A stretch of DNA of 63,638 nt from an uncultured Methanosarcinales archaeon (lineage in GTDB: Archaea; Nanobdellota; Nanobdellia; Woesearchaeales; JACPBV01): positions 1 to 63,638 of the forward strand of contig CAZTWQ010000005.1 in assembly GCA_964618315.1 (NCBI GenBank), in the 5' to 3' direction. This document shows, piece after piece, positions 30,401-42,400 of this stretch. Every line of letters starts with the position of its first letter. Within the stretch, counting starts at the first letter, position 1. The translations under genes and the position numbers were made by a program. The notes beneath the pieces were generated by a model. It saw only the letters and a list, made by a program, of their open reading frames with translations, was not told where the DNA came from and ran no database searches.

Positions 30401-33400
30401 AAACTCCACTTCAGTCTTATTCAGATTAGACACAAAAGTACCTTCATTCACTAACAACCAAACAAATGCTTCCTTAATGAGAATTAACGGAAACGCAACA
30501 TTCAACATAACAATAACAGACCAAGGATCAGGGTTATCTTACTATATATTCAGCTGGAACGGAACAGGCGTATGGGACAACCTAACAAATGCAACAATAA
30601 GCAGTAGCTTAGTAAACATATCAATAAACAAATCTACCAATCTATCTCAAGGAAATACAATTGGTTATAGATGGTACGCTAATGATTCTGCAAATAACTG
30701 GAATAGTAGCATACTAAGAACATTCATAGTAGCAAACACACCACCAACTACCCCTGTAATAATATACCCAGTAACAGGCAAAAACTACTCAGATATACCT
30801 TACATAAACTACACAGCAAATGATGTAGACTCAGACACAATAACCTATCACTTATTCATAAACAACACAATCAACATTACAGGAATATCTACAAATGTAA
30901 CAGACTGGAACGCTTCTGATGGCTTCTATAATCTAACTGTAACAGCAGATGACGGAACAACTAACTCATCAAACTCAACTGCAATATACTTTATGCTAGA
31001 CTCAACTCAACCATCATTCACAAACAACCTAACAAACACAACACCAGCAATAAATGAATACTTAAGGATGAACATAACAATAATAGAATCAAACTGTCAT
31101 TATTATACATTCTTCTGGAACAATTCAGGAACCTTAACAAATGACACATCCCAATTATGTACTTCAACAATATTATCAACAACAAAACAAGTAACAACCG
31201 CCCATCAAAACATCTGTTGGGGATACTGGGTAAATGATACTGCCGGGAACAGTAATTCCAGCACTATAAGCTGCTTTACAGTAGCCAACACTGTACCAGT
31301 TATACCAACGATAACTGCCCCTTACAATACAGAAATAAACAACACAATAAAGATAGAATTCAACTCAACCGACATAGACAATGATACAATTACCTACCAG
31401 ATATACATCAATGGAACGCTGAACATAACTACAACTATGAATATTACTGATTGGAATGCATCAGATAGTTATTATAATCTGACTGTTACAGCTAGCGATA
31501 TTTATGGTTCAAGCCAAAATAGCTCCGTAGTAAATTTCAATTTAGATACAACTGTTCCAGCAGTCTCGATAGTCTACCCAACTGATGGATCGAACATAAG
31601 CTCTAATTCGATAGACTTAAATGTATCAGCAGCAGATGCAAGAGCAACTTCATTGACTTATTATTATGTAATAAATGGAACAATAAATACGACATTGATT
31701 GACAGCAACACAACATTAAATGCTTCCGACGGCTACTATAACTTAACAGTATTTGCATCAGATGGGCTGCAGAATGGTTCTGATTCAGCTTACTTTATAT
31801 TAGACACATTGGCACCGTCATTTTCTGAAAATAAAACAAACGCAACAGCCACAACACCAAGATATAATGATATAGTGCAAATTAATCTAACTTTAACAGA
31901 CTCATCAGGATTAGATGGTTATTTCTTGACGCATAATGGCAGCGGAACTATGACCAATGGATCATATAAGGGTATCTCAGGGACCAACCATACAGTAGTA
32001 GAGAATATCACAATCTCTAACTTAACGAGAGCTGAAATATTTGTATGGCAAGTCTGGACAAATGATACATTAGGAAATGTAAATGTAAGTGATATATATA
32101 CACTAGAAATAAAGAACACACCACCAACAATACCTTCAGTTATTTACCCTGCAAATGCCAGTGTACATTATAATTTAACTGCAATAAACTATACTTCAAC
32201 AGATGTTGATGGGGACAGCATAACATACAATATTTACATCAATGGAACTTTAAATATTTCAGGAGCAACTAATAATATAAGCGGGTGGAATATAAGTGAT
32301 GGGTATTATAATCTTACAATGACTGCTAATGATGGTCTAGAAAACTCAGCTAACTCAACATCCACATTCTTCAAAATAGATTCTTCTGGCCCACAGGTAA
32401 TATTAAACTACCCAACTGATGATACATGGCAGCAGTCAAGTTCAGTATGGCTTAATTACACCGTTGTAGGTGGTAGTTTAGATACATGCATAATCTATGG
32501 TAACTTTAGCGGAACCTGGAAAGCAAATAAAACAAACTCAACTCCAACATCAAATGTTATGGATTCAGCACAAGTATCATTAGAAAATGGAACATATAAA
32601 TGGAATGTTTATTGTAATAGTTCATCAGGATTAAGCAACTGGGCACCTATTAACAACACATTTAACATAGATTCAGTAGAGCCTTCAATTGATCTAGTTT
32701 ATCCATCAGATAATGTTAATCTAACCTTGACCAATTTGAATTTCAATTGGACTGTATTGGATAATATTGATACCACTTTATTATGCAATATAACAATCAA
32801 TGATACTGTAAATGTTAGTTATATTGGAGCTAACAGTGGCAATTATACTAACTATACTATAACTGATATTGCTAGTGGTACTTACAATTGGAATGTAACT
32901 TGTTGGGACAGCGCAAATAACATAAACACTTCACTAACTAGGACATTTACTTTAGATTCAACTACTCCAGTTTCAAACATATCACTAAACAACTCATCAC
33001 CTAAAGTAAATGAAGTGATAAACATATCGATGAACGTCTCTGATAATAGAGAATTAAGTGCATGCTGGTTCTACAACAACATGTCTAAGCAAAACTCCAG
33101 CTTAATCAGTTTATCAGGAACATCAGAACATGACTTATGCTACAATATAACAACAATAAACCTCACTCAAGGAAACGATATATTATTCATAGGCTATGTA
33201 AATGATACTTTAGGCAACTTAAACTCATCAAGAACAATCATTACAGTAGCAAACACTCTACCTACAATACCAAACGTTACATACCCAATAAACCATACAA
33301 TATATGAGGGCATACCTTACATAAACTACACATCTACAGATGCAGACAATGATAATATAACTTACTATATCTACATAAACAACACACTAAATCATACTTC

Positions 33401-36400
33401 AACAACTAACCTAACAGACTGGAACGCCTCTGATGGCTTCTACAATCTAACAGTATCTGCATATGATGGAATAAACTCAAGCAGCAATAGCTCAGTAATA
33501 CATTTCACCCTAGACACCACACCTCCAACAATTATATTCACAGATCCAACACCTGATAATAATTCATTACAATCAGAACAATACATAACAATTAATCTTT
33601 CAATAACAGAAACAAGTTTAGATAAAATAGTATACAACTGGAACGGAACAAATTACACTTATTACAATGACTCTTTAGTATTGATGATGAATTTTGATAA
33701 TATCTCAGTTTTAGGTGAGAACAGCACTTATGTTGTTGATATAAGTGGAAGTGGAAATAATGGTACTGCAGGGGGAACTGCTCAAGTTAATACCACAGGT
33801 AAATTTGGTAATGCTTTATGGTTAGATGGCAATAGTGATTATGTGGAGATTACAGATAGCCCATCATTAGATATAGGGAATAATGAGATGACTATTACAG
33901 CTTGGGTTTACCCAAGGACTTTTGTTAATTCTGATGAGATTATTAAAAAAGATGGAGCTTACATATTAAGATTGAGTGGTACTTCCGGAGCTATAGAAGG
34001 TTATGTGTGGGCAAATACACCTACTAATAAAGTCGGAGCAAGCACTAATCTCTTAACACCAAATGATTGGAATCATGTTGCTATGACTTACAACTCAACT
34101 TACCAACAATTATTTGTTAATGGTGTACCAGATGCAACTGATCCTCAAACAGGCAATATAACTAATAGTGCTACCAATTTGATGATTGGTTCACACCAAA
34201 ATAAAGCTGGTGAATTTTTTGACGGATTAATAGACGAAGTAAGAATCTGGAACAGATCATTAAGCAAAGATGAAATCTATCAACAATATATTTCAAACCT
34301 TAAGAAAATAGATCAAGACAGCTGGGAACTATACATAAACCAATCCTTAAACGCAACAAACACATTACCAGACAACAATTACACATATCAATCATTCGCT
34401 TCAGACACTCTAGACAATTGGAACTCAACAGAACAAAGAATAATTACAATAGACTCAACACCACCAGCATCAAATATGAGCATAAACAACACATCACCAC
34501 AAATAAATGATGTAATAAACATCTCAATGAACGTTTCTGATAACCTCGAACTAAGTGCATGTTGGTTCTACAACAACATCTCCAATAGAAATTCATCGTT
34601 AATCAGCCTTTTGGGAACTTCAGAACATGACTTATGCTACAACATTACAACAATAAATTCAAGTTCAGATATATTATTTATTGGTTATGTAAATGACACA
34701 GCAGGAAACATAAACTCCTCTCAATTAATAATATCTGTAGCTAACACACTACCTACAGTGCCAAATGTTACATTCCCAGTAAACAACACAAACTACACAG
34801 ACATCCCATACATAAACTACTCTTCTACTGATGCAGATAATGACGAAATAACCTATAAGATCTACATAAACAATACCCTAAACCACTCCTCTACTACAAA
34901 CCTCACAGACTGGAACGCCTCTGATGGCTTCTATAACTTAACAGTATCTGCATATGATGGGATAGGGAGCTCAGCAAACTCAACACCAATATATTTCATC
35001 CTAGACTCCACCCCACCATACTTCTCAGACAATAAAACAAATGTGACAACAACAACTCCAAAATACAACGACACAGTACAAATTAATTTAACCTTAACAG
35101 ACTCATCAGAATTAGGGGGTTATTTCTTTGCCCATAACGAGACTGGAAACCTAACAAATTTAACTTATAAGGATATATCTGGAACATCTTACACATTATC
35201 AGAAAATATAACAATCTCTAACTTAAAGAGAGCTCAAATACTTGGCTGGCAAGTATGGGTAAATGACACACTAGGAAATGTAAACCTAAGCCAAATATAC
35301 ACAATAGAGATAAGAAACACACCTCCAACAATACCAAATATCACTTATCCAGTTACAGGCAAGAACTACACAGACATACCTTACATAAACTACTCCAGTA
35401 CTGATGCAGATAATGAGGAAATAACATACCACATATTCATAAACAATACTCTAAACATAACTGGAATAAGCACAAACTTAACAGATTGGAATGCTTCTGA
35501 TGGCTTCTACAATTTAACTATAACAGCAGATGATGGAACAGATAGCTCAGCAAACTCCTCAACAATCTATTTTAGACTAGACTCAACCCCGCCATCATTC
35601 TCTAACAACAAAACAAATGTGACGACAACAACTCCAAAATACAACGACACAGTACAGATCAATATAACATTATCAGATTCACTTGAGCTAGATGGGTATT
35701 TCTTTGCCCATAATGAGACTGGAAATCTAACTAACCTAACTTATAAGGATATATCTGGAACATCTTACACATTATCAGAAAATATAACAATCTCTAACTT
35801 AAAGAGAGCTCAAATACTTGGCTGGCAAGTATGGGTAAATGACACACTAGGAAATGTAAACCTAAGCCAAATATACACAATAGAGATAAGAAACACACCT
35901 CCAACAATACCAAATATCACTTATCCAGTTACAGGCAAGAACTACACAGACATACCTTACATAAACTACTCGAGCACTGATGCAGATAATGACACCATAA
36001 CATACCACATATTCATAAACAACACTTTAAACATCTCTACAACAGTAAATGTGACAGATTGGAACGCTAGTGACGGATACTATAACTTAACAGTATCAGC
36101 AGATGATGGAACAGATAGCTCAGCAAACTCCTCAACAATATATTTCAGACTAGACGGAACAAACCCAATCTGGTTTAATAACAAAACAAATATCACACCT
36201 TTAACTAAATCAGGAGACTTAGTCTATTTCAACATAACTCTTAATGAAACAAATCCAGATAAATATGTATTCAGTTGGTATAACGGAAGCATTTGGCTAA
36301 ACAACACACCAGCCACTTACACAAATAACCAAGAGATCCAAGTTAACAAAACAATAAACATACCTTATGGGGATATAAACTGGACCTGGTACATAAATGA

Positions 36401-39400
36401 CACATTAGGCAACCTAAACCAGACAGATATATGGGGCACAACAATAGTCTTACTCAATACAACTTTAAACAGTCCAGCAAATGATTCTACCTCAACAAGC
36501 ACAACTGTAATATTCAATTGCTCAGCAATATCAGGCACCAGTATAGCAAACATGACATTATATGCAAACTTCTCAGGAGCATGGCAAGCCAACCAAACAG
36601 TTAACCTTACAGGAACAAGTAACACAACAACATTCACAAAGACACTGAAAAACGGAACAACTTATATCTGGAACTGCTTAACTTACGACACTTCATCCAA
36701 CACAGATTGGGGTGATTCAAACAAAACTATAGTAGTTGACACATCAGTTGTCATAAACTCAATCTACAAAAACAGAGTTTTCTACGAAGATGGATCTCCA
36801 ATAAACATCACAATAAGAACCAATCAAGCAGATCTTACATTATCTGCAAACTTCTCATGTATTGACTCAAACTATGCAGGTCAAGAGACAGTAACTGACC
36901 ATGGCGATGGAAATTATTCAATTAATTACACAATTAGCAGTACCAATAATGTAGACACAACACCTTGCGCTTCAGATGCAACCCAACTATGCCATACAAG
37001 ATGTGAGATCAACATCACCCAAGATGGAACTCGCTTAACAGCCATTAACTTAAGCCTATATAATGGAAACGAATCAAATAATGGACAATGGTCTCCCCTC
37101 TATGTCTCAAGAGCAATCTCTTGCGCAGGAGGTTCAGATGCAGACTACTTTGATGAAGGAACAACTTGTCCAAATATCTATTATGACGGATCCAGTAATC
37201 TAACTGGTTCAAGAGTAGATCCTTCCTTCGCAGCATTCATGTACAATAATCCAGCAGGAGCAGAAACATTATGTACAGACTCAAGTGATGATTCAAAGGG
37301 CGCAGACCCTTCAAGTGGTAACTGTGATGATTTACAATGTGCTTCTGTTGTCTATGGTGAACCAGTTGGTGATAAAGATGCAGATAGAGCATATACTTGT
37401 GGGGTAAACACCAAAGGGTGGCGTGACGATCCATACACTACAGATGATACAGATTCTTGTAACTTAGATACAAACCTATGTTATATCACCATAGGAAATG
37501 CAATTACAGGATATACATCATTTGTTTACACTAAAACAGTAGGCAAAGAGGGTAATTTCAGCCTTCAGATAAGCCAAGATGATGCAAAACTAGATGGTAA
37601 TGGCCTGCAGTTCCAAGCATATAACTTTAACAGCACATTAGGAATCTGTGATGCAAATTCAGATAAATTCACAATATTGAACAAAAATCCAACTAACTCA
37701 TTAACAAATGAATTAAAAGATCTTGCAGATAGCTGCTCAAATGTAGGAATGGCACAAGCATTAACAGGTACAGATGCAGGGACAGCTTACGCAAATGACG
37801 ATCTTAATATAACCTTCAAAATCTCAGTAGACACATCAATCAGCGGAGAAGGTATCTTAATAACAAGAAAAGTAGGTGCAAGTACTTTAACAGGCAAGAT
37901 CAACTTCAGCATTACAGATGATGGAGCAATATGGGAACATGACACTTCTTGTACAGATTCAACAGATAATGACTTAGACTACTTAGTAGATTGCCTTGAC
38001 ACTGATTGTGACAATTACTCTGGAAATATTGCAGATTTAACAGATGTTTGCACATTTGGAAATGAAAGCAAATATGCCCTACAAAATAATACTTGCTTAG
38101 ACAGCTTTGATAATGATGCAGATGGTACTACTGACTGTACATGGGATAGTTCAGCATGGGACACAGACTGTAACAACACATGGATCAATTCAGCTGACAC
38201 ATACGATTCGAATGATGTAAGTGAAACAAGAAATGGAACTTGTCAGTTAGGACTAGAGACTACATGTGGTGATGGATTTGATAATGACCGAGATAGGAGC
38301 TATGATTGTGGATTAGAACAAATAACTGGCTACACGACCATAGTTTATGCCTTAGATCCAACAGATCCAAAAATAACCTACAGTGGAGGAACAGGCACTT
38401 CAAATAACCCAGATGCAGAATATGATTGTGCATCTTATTGTAGAGACTTAAACGAAAGTAACAGTGTAGAAAACGGCTCAGAATGCCTAGATGGAAAAGA
38501 CAATGATTGGGACTTCTATAATATAAACACTACAACTCAAAATACAACAGGTGGAGGTGTAGATTGTAGGATGGTAGAATATGACCTAGATTGCAACAAT
38601 ACTATGATGAATACTACAATAAATGCTACTTGCCAATTAATCAATGAAATAAATTGCAGTGATGGGTATGACAATGACCTAGATGGAGAATATGATTGTG
38701 TTGTCTCAGCAACAGGCTCTAACACAACAAACCCTATCTTCCAATACAGCCTCTCTGGCTCTAACACAGCACATGGGGAATATGATTGTCAAACTACCTG
38801 TAATGTTTCAGCTAACTTCGAAAACACAGCTGAAAAATGCTCTGATACAAAAGACAATGACTTAGACTTCTACACAATTACGGGCTGGGACACAGTAACA
38901 AACCAATATACAGCAACAAATAACAATGCTTCTGGAGCAGGGATGGATTGTAGATTCAATAATGATGGATTTAATTTCCCCGATCTAGACTGCAACGGCA
39001 CAGATATGACCGGCTCAGGACAAAACTGTGAACTTGGACATGAACAAAGCTGTGATGATAATTATGATAATGACCAAGATAATGTGTATAACTTTGGAGC
39101 TGATAGAATAACATCAACTAACGGCACTGATTGTGATGATTATGATTGTAAGGGAAATGCTGTTTGCCCTTCAACAGAAACAGCTTCGCTTTGCCTAGAT
39201 GGAAAAGACAATGACTTAGACCGTTATGTATTCAATATAACTGATTACCTGCTAGATGAAGACAGATCTGTCAACTCCACGGGGGGTATTGACTGTGTCT
39301 ACAATGATGGATCTACAAGACCTACATCTTTATCATACATATCTGGAAACTATAATGATGCAACAACAGGAAGATATAGTTATGATGTAGATTGTAACAA

Positions 39401-42400
39401 CACAATCATAGGATCTACCACGGAAAAATGCGAACTGATAAATGAATTAAACTGCTCAGATGGATTTGATAATGATCAAGATTCCTATGTAAGACCTGCT
39501 GCTTCCCCATCAGGAACAGCAATACAAACAGCAGGCTGGACAGAAGCAATCTACGAAGCATACTTCCCTTCACAATACAATACTGCAGCAGACTGTGATG
39601 ATTATTCCTGCGGTGGAAACTCGGCTTGTCCACAAAACGAATCAAACAATCAATGTCAATATGGTGATTGTGGTATAACAAAGAACTGGTGCTTAGACGG
39701 CATAGATAATGATCTAGATAACTACACCAGAGATGGGAAAACGGCAAATTCTACAATAGGAGCTGGAATAGATTGTCAATGGAAGGATATACCTTATGAT
39801 TCAGACTGTAATAATACATTGATCAATGATTCAGGTATTGTTGGAATGTGCCAGATAGCATGGGAATATAATTGTACAGATGGTCTAGATAATGACAGAG
39901 ACCTAGGGATCTATGAATTTGATGCAGGATACAACACAGGCATCGATTGTGATGATTATAATTGCCACGGCGTAACCAATTCTTCAGGAGACTATATCTG
40001 CTCTGATTCGCCAACCCAAATCCAGGAATTAAACTGCTCAGATGGAATAGATAATGACCTTGATTCATATTATTGGAATGGTACAGCATACTCACAAAAT
40101 TCCTCAACAGGAACAGATTGTTCAGATCCTGACTGTTCAGGCAGGATAGGTCCATCAGGAGTTAGTTGTGGGGATGAAAACAACAAAGCAAGCTGTATTG
40201 ATTACAATTTATCATTCTTTGCAGTAGATAATGATGAAGATGGTCCAGCTAATTGTTATGATTCTGGATGCTATAATCAGACATTCTATGGAAGATATTG
40301 CCCTTCATATGAAAACATCACAATAGATGCTTGCGCAGATGGCTTAGACAACGAAATTACTTATCAAGATGCTAGTGTTGCAAAAACAGGCTCAAGTAGA
40401 TTACAATACTTAGCAGCAAACAAGAACCTAACTCTTCATTCAGGAGATATAGATTGTGCAGATACAAATTGTATAGGGAAAATCTCTTTAATCTCTGGAA
40501 GCTATGGATATTGTACTGATGTAAATACAGCAGCAACAGAAAGCAATTGCGCAGATAACCTTGATAATGATATGGATGGTTTGACAGATTGTATCGATAC
40601 ATCAGATTGCCCAGAAGGAAGTACATCTTGTCCAACACAAAACCCAACAAATAATGTGGCAGGCGCAACATCGGGCTGGAATAACACAAATGATGGAAGA
40701 TTATCTGCATGGTCTTCAGTCTTACCACTAACAGATTCAGCAAACAATTGGAATGCATTCACAATAGATGCAGAATGGACCTCTGACGCATACCCTGGAA
40801 CATCTCTTAGTTGGACATTCACAGATTCTGCAGGAGCTCTTGACAACAAACAACTTACTTTCTACTTAGGGACCTTAACAGGAACAATGTTACCCTTACA
40901 ATATCAGCTTTCTAATGATAATTGTAGCATATCTGGCTCTAGCTCTTCATTATTCAATGCACCTTCTGTAACTCAATACGCCAACGGTTATGTATTGGCT
41001 GTTTCTTATAGTACAAACATACCTGCAGGTCATGCACTAAGCTTGAGCATATCATGTAATATTCCAGGTGGAGTTGACATAATAAACAACTCACCTTATG
41101 ATTACACAATAAACATAGATGATAGTGGAACATCATATGCTCAATTGATAGATACAGCAGGAGATAAACAATATATCCACGAAACAGAAGGAGCAAACAT
41201 AACTGGTTTTGTAACAAGTGAAAGCACAACAGTATTACAACGCCTAAGATCAGACAACACTATCTACAGATTAAGAAGCACAGACACAATAACTATAGAA
41301 GCTAACGCATCAGATGCCTTAGGAAACCCACTCTACAACACAGGAGTAGATTATTGCTCATTTGACAATAACTCAGGAAACTATGCATATAATGGTTCTA
41401 CTAAAGGAGATTGTGAAGAATCAATCACTATTGCAGATGGTGAACATAATATATCTGCAATAGCCATAGATGGTATTGGTAACATAGGATTACCATCAAC
41501 TATAACAATAAATGTAACAACATTACCTAGGCAAGATACAGATATCTACTGTACACTAGACAACTGCTCAACATCATTCCCAGCAAAACAACATTATGAC
41601 TCCACAGAATCATTGCCAATAGGCGTAAACTTCACTAGTGATGTAGCTGGCTTCAATGAAAATGCAACCGGCTGTACAGTAAAAGCAGAGACTAACAGCA
41701 CAATAACTAATTTAGGAACAATACCACTAAACACATCAGTAGACAATAAGACTGCTATCTGTAATGGTGCAATATCATTAAGCAGCCTAAGCGACAACTT
41801 CTATTATATCACAGTAACAGTAACTGATGATGATGATAACAACGCAACGTCAGGAATAGCTCCAAACAACCAAAACTTCGGGAAAAAACCTGTCTGGATC
41901 TGCGACTACATGGGAACACCAAATAACTGGACCTGCCTTACTGCTGATGAAAAAGTAAGCCCTGTTGTTCACACAGTAACAGCCACTCCAACAAAGGGTG
42001 AACCGGGGACTACTTTCAACATAGTAGCCAATGCAACTGATGATCTTGGAATAAATTCAGTAGTTGCCCATATACAAAAACCAGATGAAAACAACATAAT
42101 TAATATTACATTAAGTCTAGATAATGGCCTGTATCTAGGTTCTTGGAATTCTACTGGCAATACAGATGGGTCATATATTATTGATGTAGTAGCTAGTAAT
42201 ATAGTCAATAATGAAGGGGGAAAAGAAAACGGAGCAATCATTGCATTGGCCCCATACTCACTCAACACATCTATTAATTCCTCGATAAATTTTACAGCAA
42301 ACGAATATATAATAATCAACGCTACATCAGAAGTAGGCACATGGTTGAACATATCTACCAATATAAATGTAACCTCTTCCGTTGCTATGGCAGGATACAC

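Larger units (their letters stand above)
492..34452 (+). other. Seven LamG/concanavalin-A-like jelly-roll domains, each nested in an Ig-like host (about 492-1400, 1685-2610, 3420-4170, 5100-5850, 11460-12405, 19968-20870, 33520-34450)
   Basis: Recurrent YNWNGTNYTMYNxSLVLMxNFDN...G.YG.A..F.G...IDEVRIWNRSLS..EIYQQY.SNL motifs. Confidence 0.85.
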
